Assembly: GCF_004765795.1 (NCBI RefSeq)
Contig: NZ_SBIV01000007.1
Location: forward strand, 62,001 to 126,000
Source: Halorussus marinus
GTDB taxonomy: Archaea; Halobacteriota; Halobacteria; Halobacteriales; Haladaptataceae
Direction: 5' to 3'
DNA: 64,000 nucleotides
The notes under the pieces were generated by a model. That model had not been told where the DNA came from. It did not search any database and worked only from the letters and a program-made list of their open reading frames with translations. Position numbers and translations under genes: made by a program. Shown piece by piece: positions 38,162 through 47,712 of the stretch (position 1 is the first letter of the stretch; each line of letters opens with the position of its first letter).

Positions 38162-38229
38162 TGAACAATCACCTCGCAGGACGACCCACGACTGGATCGC
38201 CCCGCACCCCTCCCGGGGGACGAACAACG

Positions 38230-38610
38230 CTACTCGTCGATCAGGTCGGGGGAACTGAGGTCCGCGTACAGCACCTCACCGTCGCGGACGACGTACCGTT
38301 TCGCCAGCACGGGAAATCGGCACTTGGTAAATCCGGCTGTCTGGATGTCGAATTCTTCGTCCGGTTCGAGATACTCCGCGAGCGACCGGAGGAACTCGTG
38401 GGTGACGATGCCACCGTCGTAATCAGGAAGACCGTTCTCACGAGCCTCGTACACTTCGAAGCTGTCGTAGCCCCAGATGATCAGTTCGCCGTCGTCATCC
38501 ACCTCCCAGTTGAGCGTCCCGAAGCAGTGGTTCTCACAGAGTTCGCGGACTTCCTGTGGATCCGATACGAGCGCGCCGGTCGATGTCGTTGCGGCTTGGA
38601 GTGTTGCCAT
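38230..38610 (-). CDS. Hypothetical acidic protein
   Basis: 126 aa, leader motif upstream. Confidence 0.75.
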   Translation of the reverse strand: MATLQAATTSTGALVSDPQEVRELCENHCFGTLNWEVDDDGELIIWGYDSFEVYEARENGLPDYDGGIVTHEFLRSLAEYLEPDEEFDIQTAGFTKCRFPVLAKRYVVRDGEVLYADLSSPDLIDE

Positions 38611-38718
38611 GGGTTGTTCTCGGGAGCGGTCTCGCGCCCCCGCACCCCTTCAGGGGGGGCGAACAACCACTCACGCTGTGACGGCCACAGGACGCTGCGT
38701 TGCCGACGCGTCGTGCTG

Positions 38719-38907
38719 TCAGGATTCTTCGTTGGCGTCACCGTCCGCCGTCGTATCCGGTCGGGTGAGGAGCTCTACCTGCTCTAGAAGCGTCGTTGCT
38801 GTGCTGATCCGCTCTCGATCGACGGACTCCAATTGCTCGCCGTCGATACTGGTGAGATTGTTGAGCGCGCGGTGCAGCCGGTAGCCGGGTGTGTCGCGTG
38901 GGTCCAT
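38719..38907 (-). CDS. Hypothetical small protein
   Basis: 62 aa, helical and acidic, leader motif immediately upstream. Confidence 0.65.
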   Translation of the reverse strand: MDPRDTPGYRLHRALNNLTSIDGEQLESVDRERISTATTLLEQVELLTRPDTTADGDANEES

Positions 38908-39051
38908 ATGTGCGCCTCCGCCAATTCTCGGCGCCGAAAAACACCGGCGGGTAGTCAGCAGGTGTGGTATCGTCGGGTGGTCGCGAGCTGGCTTCTGTTA
39001 ACCAACAACTTCGAGCCGACACCAGAATTGTTGGTTAATTTGACGTCATCT

Positions 39052-39936
39052 TTACTGACCGGCTTCGGGTTCGGGTCCATAGCGGGGCGTGCCGCACCGC
39101 TGACAGCCCCACATTGGCTGCCCGGTCCACTCGTCATCGGGGATAGCCTCGAATTCGCGGAATCGATGCTTAGTCTCCCGATCACACTCTCGACACTCGA
39201 GGTGGGTTCTGTTTGGACGCTCGCGTCGTGGCTGTTCGGTATCGGTCTTGTCAACGGATTCCTGGAGCGCAATCGCTGGCACCAGCCAGAGGTCGTCTGC
39301 GTCCTCACGTAGGCTTGCAAGACGATCTTCGGAGCGAACCCCACCCCCGGTTTCCTCGTAGAGAAACGTCGCGTGCTCACCGTCGTGACGGGGCTGCGTC
39401 GTCTCTGTCCACGGTGTCCGGTTGCGAGCGGACGCGAGCAGCTGATTACCACATTCAGACGTGACCCGTGTCGCCGAGGGGAGCGAGGGCCACTGATCAA
39501 CAAGCTGTGGGGCCGGTTCCTCGTCGAGATCGTAGATTAGCTTGCAGTCATCGACTACTGGGTCATCATCTGCCTTCGCGAGGAGGGTCGCCGCAGCAGA
39601 TCCCTTCCCGACGGCGGCGTAGAACGTTGACGCCTCGACGAGCAGCTGGATGACGTGGAGGAGAGTCCGTTCGGCATTCGCTGTGTCCTGGCCGTCGGCT
39701 CCTTCGAGATGGTTCGTGAGACAGAATCGGCACTTCGACTGGCCAGCGGGGATCGACGCTCCACAGGAAGCGCACTCGGTCTCATCTGCTGTCGGGCCAT
39801 CTGGATAGTCCGTGTCGACGCCACCAGAGCGTTGCCGCCGGGGCTCGCCACTACTACTGGCGAGTTGATCGTCGGGAACGTGGGTCGCTTCACCGAGCGG
39901 TCGGAGGGCTTCGTAGTCGGCGTACTGGTCGGTCAT
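39052..39936 (-). CDS. Hypothetical protein with two Zn-ribbon motifs
   Basis: CASC..CRFC and CREC..CQRC. Confidence 0.75.
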   Translation of the reverse strand: MTDQYADYEALRPLGEATHVPDDQLASSSGEPRRQRSGGVDTDYPDGPTADETECASCGASIPAGQSKCRFCLTNHLEGADGQDTANAERTLLHVIQLLVEASTFYAAVGKGSAAATLLAKADDDPVVDDCKLIYDLDEEPAPQLVDQWPSLPSATRVTSECGNQLLASARNRTPWTETTQPRHDGEHATFLYEETGGGVRSEDRLASLREDADDLWLVPAIALQESVDKTDTEQPRRERPNRTHLECRECDRETKHRFREFEAIPDDEWTGQPMWGCQRCGTPRYGPEPEAGQ

Positions 39937-40036
39937 AGAGTATTCTGGCCGTATCATGCTTCGTCTTCGGGTTTAAACAATAGCTCTCACATCAATCATC
40001 CTACAGGTACACAATCGAAAATCAGCAGTGTGGGCC

Positions 40037-40963
40037 TTAGACAGCCAGTTCGTCCAGCGCGTCGCGGTGGGTCCGCACGGTGACCACCGAGACGTTCGCA
40101 ACGTCAGCGACGTCCGATTGGGTGAGCCACCGTCCGTCTTCGCGTCCGGCCTTGTACAGACAGGCTGCGGCGAATCCGGATGGCCGAACCCCCGTGGTTG
40201 TTCCGGTCGATTCGGATGCTTCCGCCAACTGCCGAGCCCGCTGCCGGATCTGATCGGAGACGTCGAGCTCCGATGCCAACCGTGGAATGAACGCACTGGG
40301 CGTCACGGGTTGGGCCGGCAGGCCAAGTTCCGTGTTCAGCGTCGTGTATGCGTTCGTCACCCGCGATTGCTCGACGCGCGCCGACTCGGTGATGTCGTCG
40401 AGCGTTCGCGGCCGCCCGTTACACCGACACGCGCCGTAGACACTCGCGGCGGCCATCGCCTCGATCGACCGGCCCTGCAGGAGGTCCTCGTTCTGAGCGC
40501 TGCGGAAGAGCTGGCAGGCCTGGTCACGGATCGTCTCGGATAGTTCGAGCGCACTACTGATCCGGCGGACTTCACTAAGCCCGTGTGCGAGGTTGCGTTC
40601 GGCTTTCGACTGAAACCGCCCACGCGTCTGTTCACGGCGCATCCGAGCGAGCCGCCGTCGCTTCTGTCCTGAGAGTTCGTTCCCGTTCGCATCGGTCCCG
40701 TGGCCGATCTCCGTCGACAACCCACGATCGTGCCGCGCCGCTGTCAACGGAGCACCCGTGCGCTCCCGTTCGTCTTCGTCGAACCCTCGCCACTCTGGCC
40801 CGTGGTCGATCCGCTGCTCGTCGACGACGAGTCCACAGTCCTCGCAGACGGTTTCAACCGCGTTGGTTGTAACTTGCCCGTTACACTCGGGACACTGCGT
40901 AGCATTCGAGTCGGTCTGGACGTCTTCGTCGAACGTCGTTTCGTAGATCTCTCTGGTTGCCAT
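40037..40963 (-). CDS. tfb: Transcription initiation factor IIB
   Basis: CPEC..CEDCG Zn ribbon, IDHGPEWR, HDRGLST, GRSIE and two cyclin repeats. Confidence 0.95.
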   Translation of the reverse strand: MATREIYETTFDEDVQTDSNATQCPECNGQVTTNAVETVCEDCGLVVDEQRIDHGPEWRGFDEDERERTGAPLTAARHDRGLSTEIGHGTDANGNELSGQKRRRLARMRREQTRGRFQSKAERNLAHGLSEVRRISSALELSETIRDQACQLFRSAQNEDLLQGRSIEAMAAASVYGACRCNGRPRTLDDITESARVEQSRVTNAYTTLNTELGLPAQPVTPSAFIPRLASELDVSDQIRQRARQLAEASESTGTTTGVRPSGFAAACLYKAGREDGRWLTQSDVADVANVSVVTVRTHRDALDELAV

Positions 40964-41165
40964 GGATACTCACGAGGGGACTCACGCGGATCGCGTCTCT
41001 CGGAGTGCCCCTCACCCATCAGGGGCACATACACACCACACGGAACAGCGCTGACACTGGAGGGCTGCGGTGGCGAAAGCCCGGCCGCGAAACGGCGCGT
41101 GAGCGCCGTGAGCAGCCCGGACCGTGGAGGTGGTGGGAGGTGGCGGTGACCGCGTACACACCAGC

Positions 41166-41171
41166 AAAAAA
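41166..41171 (-). terminator. Oligo-T tract, possible archaeal terminator
   Basis: T6 on the minus strand about 17 nt after the SSB-like stop. Confidence 0.4.
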
Positions 41172-41187
41172 GGGGTGCGCCGACCGG

Positions 41188-42084
41188 CTATTCCCACCAC
41201 CGACCGCGCTCAGGGAACATAATGGTGCTCCACCCAGTGACAGCCAGTGAGACGCGCCCCTCGTACCAGTTCCGGGCTACCTTGTGAATACGCACCTGCT
41301 CGCCCTCTTCAATCCACGGCGCATCTGATTTCTCCCAGATCGTCACCTTCGTTTTTCCACTGTCGTCTGCGATCAGCCCGACTTGAGCGATGGCCGGCGA
41401 GTCCGCATCCCAGAGTACTTCGACTCGACCCTCGATGCTCACCTCTTTGCGATTGACGTCCTCGAGCTTCCCAATGGGGATCACCGTCCCAGGCGCCGTC
41501 TGCAACTCCTCGAACACCCCGACGACTGCACTCGTTAGGTCTTTCCCACCGACGACGGCTTCACCCAACCGCCGGCCAATCGCTGCTCGCGACCAGCCAT
41601 CCAGTTTTTCCGCCAACCGCATCGACTGCTTGTTCACCGCCGCCAACTGCTCCTGCGTGAGCTCTGCACGAGGATCGTCTCGCTCCGGGTCAGCCATCGG
41701 ATTCACGCTCGCTGCCCGCTTCTGGAACTTCACACGCCGCTCAGCGCTTCGCTTCGCTGCGATGTCTCGCGTCCGCTTCGCACGCCCCTCCTGCTGACTG
41801 AGTTCTGCCTGGGCACTGATGTGTTCCAACTCGGCCTCTCGTGCCTTGATGCGCTCTTCCTGTTCGAGGGTCTTCCCGAACAGGTGATCCGGGCCTTCCT
41901 CGACGCGCGCGTCTGGGTGGTTGGAATCGACTTTGGCCTGGACTTCCATGTCGACCGTCGCCCGGAACTCCGGGGTCTCGTCGACGACTTCGAAGCCATC
42001 CTCGTCGACCTCGCCTTCATCGTGTTTCTCGAAAGCCTGTTCATCGACCGAAACTACATCCGTGGTGACGTTGTTACTAGACAT
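41188..42084 (-). CDS. OB-fold ssDNA-binding (RPA/SSB-like) protein
   Basis: C-terminal VSIEGRV...QVGLIADDSG...VTIW...EGEQVRI OB fold, with a coiled-coil N-terminal half. Confidence 0.8.
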   Translation of the reverse strand: MSSNNVTTDVVSVDEQAFEKHDEGEVDEDGFEVVDETPEFRATVDMEVQAKVDSNHPDARVEEGPDHLFGKTLEQEERIKAREAELEHISAQAELSQQEGRAKRTRDIAAKRSAERRVKFQKRAASVNPMADPERDDPRAELTQEQLAAVNKQSMRLAEKLDGWSRAAIGRRLGEAVVGGKDLTSAVVGVFEELQTAPGTVIPIGKLEDVNRKEVSIEGRVEVLWDADSPAIAQVGLIADDSGKTKVTIWEKSDAPWIEEGEQVRIHKVARNWYEGRVSLAVTGWSTIMFPERGRWWE

Positions 42085-42476
42085 TGGAATCTACCCTGAT
42101 TCCTGAAGGCGCTCAGCGCCCGACACCGCGATGCTACAACATCGCGGATTTCCTCGACGACAACGACCGACAGACTCGTCTGCGCGCTCTCGCTCGCGCC
42201 TTCGCGAGCGCCCCTTGGGGCGCGAGCGAGAGCGCGCCATAGGGAGGCCACTCAACCAGCACCGCGCGCCGACCCGCCCGGAGCGAGCGGCCAGCGGGAT
42301 ATGCCCGCTCGTGTCCGGCCCGATGTGCGGGTCCGTGTCCAGGGCGACTGTCGCCGAGAACGCGCGCCGCGGTGTGGCGCGCGACAGCGCAGGCGGCACC
42401 AAGCGCTGGAACGCGAAAGCCCGCAAGGGGCGCAACCGACGGGGATACCCGCTGGCGCCGAGGGCACATGCATTTT
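42070..42476 (-). repeat. Structured leader, copy 1 (inverted relative to 56986-57283)
   Basis: Perfect 19-bp stem (42182-42200 / 42219-42237) and 8-bp hairpin (42126-42147). Long near-identical blocks are shared with copy 2. Confidence 0.9.
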
Positions 42477-42823
42477 AGCCCGGAACGGGCGCGGGCGGTG
42501 CGGAGAGCGCCCGCACGCCCGGAATGGTCGGTCGCGAGCGACGCGGAGGGCGGAACGCGGCGAGCGGTGCGGGCCATAACGGACACACCTGTCCACCCAG
42601 CCGCGACACTCAGCGACCCAACTACTGCCCTGGCGGACTCAGAAAGGGCGAGGCCGTCTCGGTCACCGGGAAAGCAGGCTCTCCCGAGCTAACGGGCGGC
42701 GCGCCGCCCGTGAACGGCCGAGGGCCTTCATCGTGTTGCTCACCCAGCAACCTCAGCTGAGTCAGTCATACTCGTTGCGAGATAGCGAAGTTATTTAAAT
42801 ATCGGTTCGTATCTACGCAACAG

Positions 42824-43747
42824 ATGCTTACCGAAGGCGAGGTTCGCGCGCTCACCGTCCTTCACGGTGAGCAGACAGTCTCCGAATTTGCGACCCAGCT
42901 GGACCGCAGTCTCAGCTACACGTCTGAACTTGTCGATCGTCTCGAAGCGACCGGACTCGTCGAGACGCGTCGACAAGGGAAAACAAAGCAGATCCGGCCA
43001 TCGGACGCGAAAGCACTCGAACTCCTCGCAGACATCACCCAAGAGTATTCGCACATCGACTGGCCTGAACTGTTGTCGGGTGCGACGCTCCGCGTTCTCT
43101 ACTATCTTGAAACACCGCGGGTCGTAATGGAGCTCGCACGCCGGGCCAACATTCACAGGAGTACCGTCCATCGCGCCCTCGATCCACTTCAGCATCGAGG
43201 GATCATCTACGAAACTGACGAGGATGCATATGTGCTGAACGAGGGATTCGAACAACTGAGTACGCTTGCTCGGGAACTCGTTCACCACGACCATCGCCAG
43301 ACCGTCGAACAACACACCGACACCTACACGATTCTCTGGGAGTCACTCGACGAGTTCCTCGTCCAGACCGCAGATGAGATTACCGCCGAGGACTTCCTTT
43401 CGACGGGGCCAGAGCGTTTCCAGACCTACGACCTGCCCCTTCTGGCCCGCGACCGTCGGTACTATTTCCATTCAGAGACGATGAATGATCTCTCGCCGGC
43501 GATGCTGTGCTGTCATATGCTCGTAATCGATTCGGGCGCACGTACCCAGTCATACTGTCTGCTCCTGCTCAGCCACGTTGACGTCGACCGTGACGAACTG
43601 CGTGACCAGGCCACAAAGTACGGCGTCGACGATCTCGTCGAGGACTTGCTCACGTATCTCGACACGAGTGGCGAGGAGCGGGCATCTCGACTTCCCGAGT
43701 GGGAAGAGTTCCAAGAATTGGCTGCGGACTACGGGGTGTCAGCATGA
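42824..43747 (+). CDS. Tandem wHTH protein (putative antitoxin/regulator)
   Basis: Shares HIDWPELLS.ATLRV.YYL and CH.LV.DSG with 30766..31716. Confidence 0.75.
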   Translation: MLTEGEVRALTVLHGEQTVSEFATQLDRSLSYTSELVDRLEATGLVETRRQGKTKQIRPSDAKALELLADITQEYSHIDWPELLSGATLRVLYYLETPRVVMELARRANIHRSTVHRALDPLQHRGIIYETDEDAYVLNEGFEQLSTLARELVHHDHRQTVEQHTDTYTILWESLDEFLVQTADEITAEDFLSTGPERFQTYDLPLLARDRRYYFHSETMNDLSPAMLCCHMLVIDSGARTQSYCLLLLSHVDVDRDELRDQATKYGVDDLVEDLLTYLDTSGEERASRLPEWEEFQELAADYGVSA

Positions 43748-44556
43748 GGGCGCGATTCGACAGTTCGTACATTCGGTCGGAACTCGAGCGCATCGGCGAG
43801 CAGCTAGACGATCCACTCACTGTCTTCTTGATCGGCGGTGGGGCAATGGCGTTCCAGGATCTCAAGACCACTACCAAGGATATCGATCTCATCGTCGCAT
43901 CCGGTGATGACCTCGGGCAGCTCCAAGCAGTACTGCTCGAACTTGGTTACGATATCGTTCGGGAACCGGACGAAGAATACGAAGCGCTCGGTGCTCAGCG
44001 AATCCTCGAGAACGATGATGGGTGTCGAATCGACATCTTTCACCAGCAGGTAATCGATAAACTGGTTCTTTCTGACGGGATTCGGAAGCGTAGCGAGCGG
44101 TACCTCAACCCCAGCAACTTGGTGGTCGAACTCGTGAGCCCAGAGGACATCTTCCTATTCAAGGCGGTCGCCGGACGGGTGGACGATATCGAAGATATGT
44201 TTTCGCTGCTGCAGACTGACCTCGATTTCGACGTCGTCGAAGCAGAACTCGCCGCGCAGATCGACCTCTTGGATCAAGAGCTATTCGTAACATACGTGAA
44301 CGAGGCGTTGGCCGATCTCACCGAGCAACACAACGTGAGGACACCCCTGCATGAGCCGGTCGCGGAGATTACAGAGCGCGTATACGAGGAACTCGAAGTG
44401 CTTCACGCCCTCGACGAACCGAAATCTATGCCTGCCCTCCAGCAGGAACTCGATTACACCACGGTTGAATTACAGGATATCGTGAGTCGTCTCGAGGAGA
44501 AAGACGCAGTCAAGGGAACCGCTGATCGCATCGAGCGTCTTTCGACGACGATCTGA
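43744..44556 (+). CDS. DUF6036/AbiEii-like nucleotidyltransferase
   Basis: LIGGGAM...TKDIDL, LFK and GRVDDIED. ATGA overlap with the upstream gene. Confidence 0.8.
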   Translation: MRARFDSSYIRSELERIGEQLDDPLTVFLIGGGAMAFQDLKTTTKDIDLIVASGDDLGQLQAVLLELGYDIVREPDEEYEALGAQRILENDDGCRIDIFHQQVIDKLVLSDGIRKRSERYLNPSNLVVELVSPEDIFLFKAVAGRVDDIEDMFSLLQTDLDFDVVEAELAAQIDLLDQELFVTYVNEALADLTEQHNVRTPLHEPVAEITERVYEELEVLHALDEPKSMPALQQELDYTTVELQDIVSRLEEKDAVKGTADRIERLSTTI

Positions 44557-44721
44557 CGGCGAGGGATACCGGAATCTATGGCGTAATGCCAAGCGGTGCG
44601 GCTTATTGGATACTTTCCCTATCCATGGATAGGGAGACTCCCCATTAGTCGCGGTCAAGCGCGACGTCGACTTCGTCAACGAGGTCCTCCATGGAAACGG
44701 TGTAAGCGTCGGCAACATGTC

Positions 44722-45045
44722 TCACTCAACGAGATGCTCATCGAGGTCGTGCGTCCAGTACGTCGCGGGCCCGCCAGGACTACATCGCGCACACAGCTGC
44801 AGCGGCCCCTCGAGATGGCCGAGTTCCACACGGAAGCGCGTGAGCGCCGCGAGAGCGTCGACGACGAGCCCACAGCCATCGCAGGCGTCGCGATCGCGCT
44901 CGTCGGGATCCGGCTCCATCTGGATCGCGCAGTCGACGCAGATAGGGTGGGTGACCCGCTCATCTTCCCCCCAGGTGTGGGCCTCGCCAGTCTCGGTGCT
45001 GGGCGGAGCGTCGCAGAACGCACACCCTGTAAGCGTCTGCTGCAT
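44722..45045 (-). CDS. Hypothetical double zinc-finger protein
   Basis: Four CxxC pairs. TAATG overlap with the upstream gene. Confidence 0.75.
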   Translation of the reverse strand: MQQTLTGCAFCDAPPSTETGEAHTWGEDERVTHPICVDCAIQMEPDPDERDRDACDGCGLVVDALAALTRFRVELGHLEGPLQLCARCSPGGPATYWTHDLDEHLVE

Positions 45046-45335
45046 TACTCCGCCTCCGCGTCGGCGTCGCGGCCGGCCGTCCAGCCACGGTGGAAGACGG
45101 CCAATTGCGTCGTCGAGTCGAAGGTAGTAACACTCGGCTCGTGAACGAGAACGCGATCCTCGGGAACGGGTGTGACGACGTCCGCGTCGATGAGGTCGTC
45201 GACTAGGCTGCGGGCCGTTGCGTCGTCGACGTCCGCGGTCGCGACGCTCGCGGCGTCACGGTCCTGTGCGAGGAGTTCGGTTTCGAGCTGTTCGTGGTCG
45301 GCACTCGTGTCGTCGTGAGGATCGGGACCAGCCAT
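45045..45335 (-). CDS. Hypothetical acidic protein
   Basis: 96 aa, leader motif upstream. Confidence 0.7.
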   Translation of the reverse strand: MAGPDPHDDTSADHEQLETELLAQDRDAASVATADVDDATARSLVDDLIDADVVTPVPEDRVLVHEPSVTTFDSTTQLAVFHRGWTAGRDADAEAE

Positions 45336-45555
45336 GGTGAATCACGCCGCGCACGCTCTCGCGCGCTGCACGCCTCCCGGCGCCGATAAACAGCCCAGTC
45401 GGAGGGCGTCAGTCCGACCCTGGGTCGCGATACTCGAAAACGGCAACGTCGCGGAGGGATAGGGCGGTGGGCGGGGGTTGAGGGCATGAATTCTGGCAAC
45501 GTCGTTAACCAACACTTCGACAGAACTGGTCCCGAGTGTTGGTTAAGAGTGTGGC

Positions 45556-45996
45556 CTATGGAGTCCGGAGTTCCTGAACCGGCTTCACGTTGAACGTGTC
45601 CGGCTCGCTGGCTGCTGCTTCTCGTGTGCGTTCCGCTTGTGAGGCTGCCGACCGGGTGAGCTGGGTGACGAGTTCGTCGCGAACGATCTCCCGAGGAACG
45701 GTTGTCTCGTGCCAGCCCAGCCGGGCGTCGAAGTGCCGCTTTTGGAACTGCTCGCTGACGTCGTCGACGGCGACGTACTGCGTGCGGTTTGTCCCCCGGA
45801 CCTGGTGGGTGACGACGACTGCCCCCACGTGCTCGTGCGTCAGCTCGATTAGGGCACACTCCACGAGCGCGACGAGCGACGCGTGATCGCGGTCGTTCGG
45901 GATCGCCACCTCGAGGTCTGCCCACGGAGCCTCCCCGTCGGAGTTGGTTGCTGCTTGCTGTACCGTCTGCGTTTGGGTCGTACGTTCCGAAGCCAT
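45556..45996 (-). CDS. Hypothetical protein
   Basis: 146 aa, leader motif upstream. Confidence 0.7.
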   Translation of the reverse strand: MASERTTQTQTVQQAATNSDGEAPWADLEVAIPNDRDHASLVALVECALIELTHEHVGAVVVTHQVRGTNRTQYVAVDDVSEQFQKRHFDARLGWHETTVPREIVRDELVTQLTRSAASQAERTREAAASEPDTFNVKPVQELRTP

Positions 45997-46070
45997 CGTC
46001 TATCGGGGGCACGTGATGTACCCCGCCGCCCCCTGGCGGGGGTGACAGACGTGCCGCTGCGGTCGCAACG

Positions 46071-47324
46071 CTACTTGGACCGACCGCCGAATAACCGACC
46101 CAACAGTGAGGATGACTCTGACTCACTACTGTTCTCACTCGTAGTAGCGGCGTGCTCGCCCTGGCACTCCTCCTCCTGGCCACGGGTGGCGAGTTCGTCA
46201 GTGAGTCGCTTGACCTCCGCTTCGAGAGCGTCGATGCGCTCGGTTTTCTCCGTGAGTGTCGCCTCGAGCTCGTCGACGCGGTCGCTCAAGATCTGGTTCT
46301 TCTCGGCGAGATACGCGCGACTCCGCTCCGAGTCAGCAGCGCCGACGTCTGGCGACGATGTGGCGGGGATCTCGTCCGCGGTATCGTCGCCGGCGTCCGG
46401 GTCGTAGAACTCCGAAGTAGTCGCAATTGCTCGCTCGATGGTCTTCTCCCCATACGTCGACCCATCAGCGTAGTGGACCTCGTCCCACTTCTCCCGAAGC
46501 AATCCTGACTGGCGAAACAGGTGATCCATCTGCGTCCGGTCGCCGCCGGTCCAGAACGCCAGCAGACAGCACAGCGCCATGTCGGCCTCGGACTGGCTGT
46601 CGTAGCCGGCTGTGTTCCCGTTCCAGAGCCGCTCGAACTTCTCGCCGTTCGATGCATTCCGCGCTTTCTCGAGGAGGTCCTCGTCTTCGAGGTCGACGTC
46701 AACGCCGGCTGCACCGGTCGTCGGTGACTCGTCGTCAGCGCTACCACGCTGTTCGGACTCTGCTGCCGTGTCACGCTCTGTCTCCTGAACGTACTCACGG
46801 TGAATCGCTCTGAGCGCGTCCTGTCGACGTGCGACGCACGTTGGTGTCCGCTCGACGTGATCGCCAGTGACGGTGAAAAATCGTGCCGTGTCGTACAGTT
46901 CGATGCTCCCGCGACGGTTCCGCCCCTCGGGAAGTTCGCCCCTGATGAGGACGTGATAGCCGGTGCCGGACGGTGACACCTCCGTATAGGAGTCGAGGCG
47001 CTCGATGATGTCTAGTGCCGCGTCGTCGACGTCGCCGGTTTCAGGATCACGGCAGTCGTCCAGGTCGACACCGACGATGGGATCGTCGTCGGTAAACACG
47101 AACCCAACGCCATCGGCGTGTGCCGTCTCGGTGTAGTCGAGCGCTGTCTCGAAGCTCGCCCAGGTCTCCGACTCTGTTGATGACGCGAACCCCCCACCTC
47201 CCGGCGTCACCGGAATCTTCGTCGACTTGCCGTCCCGCTCCTCTTCGCGCCAGCACACCCACTGGTCCCGTTCGCGTAGCGTCTCCGGAATCGCCTCCGA
47301 TTCGTCGATACTACTCTCACTCAT
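46071..47324 (-). CDS. Primase-polymerase (AEP, NrS-1-like) with helical C-domain and coiled coil; no helicase domain
   Basis: QWVCW, GVDLDDC, EVSPSGTGYH, IELY..RFFTVTG and DSQSEADMAL. Confidence 0.88.
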   Translation of the reverse strand: MSESSIDESEAIPETLRERDQWVCWREEERDGKSTKIPVTPGGGGFASSTESETWASFETALDYTETAHADGVGFVFTDDDPIVGVDLDDCRDPETGDVDDAALDIIERLDSYTEVSPSGTGYHVLIRGELPEGRNRRGSIELYDTARFFTVTGDHVERTPTCVARRQDALRAIHREYVQETERDTAAESEQRGSADDESPTTGAAGVDVDLEDEDLLEKARNASNGEKFERLWNGNTAGYDSQSEADMALCCLLAFWTGGDRTQMDHLFRQSGLLREKWDEVHYADGSTYGEKTIERAIATTSEFYDPDAGDDTADEIPATSSPDVGAADSERSRAYLAEKNQILSDRVDELEATLTEKTERIDALEAEVKRLTDELATRGQEEECQGEHAATTSENSSESESSSLLGRLFGGRSK

Positions 47325-47413
47325 CCTCACATAGCACCTCGCATGGCTCTCACTGGCTCTGAGCCAGCACAGACTTCACGCTGCTCTGCGTGTCGATCCA
47401 ATCCCTTGGTCCC

Positions 47414-47622
47414 AACGGGGAACCCCCGTTCTATCCTAGTTGGTTTTTGCCGTAACAGATCATTCAAATCAGTGAAATCCTGGGTCTGAGGCTCCCGATA
47501 CGTGCATACAGCAAAATCTCTCCAGAATGCTTGTGTTACGGCATTTCGGTTGGTTGCCGTAACCCCTCTCCGTCTGCTGATTTCGGTGCTGCGGAGACGA
47601 TATGCCTCGATGTTTCCGTAAC
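47414..47622. repeat. CCGTAAC iteron-like repeats and hairpins (candidate ori/oriT)
   Basis: CCGTAAC at 47450, 47557 and 47616. Inverted repeat 47535-47543 / 47555-47563. Hairpin at 47414-47430. Confidence 0.55.
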
Positions 47623-47712
47623 GCGAGAGGCATTTCCTGTTATGCAAACTCAAATTTACATTTACGATATATTTGGCGCTGAGTGTGGATTGCATTGTAT
47701 TCCCCTCCAGAT

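Noticed and set aside
42091..42760. Several overlapping Arg/Ala-rich ORFs
   Set aside because: These are by-products of very GC-rich palindromic DNA with no protein-like composition.
23724..46050. Leader motif as integron attC sites or a CRISPR array
   Set aside because: It lacks RYYYAAC...GTTRRRY ends and there is no integron integrase. Copies are dispersed and non-identical, with no regular spacers or cas genes.
47327..47695. 122-aa ORF between the VirD4 fusion and the primase-polymerase
   Set aside because: Basic, non-halophile composition, and it overlaps the repeat-rich spacer. Treated as non-coding.
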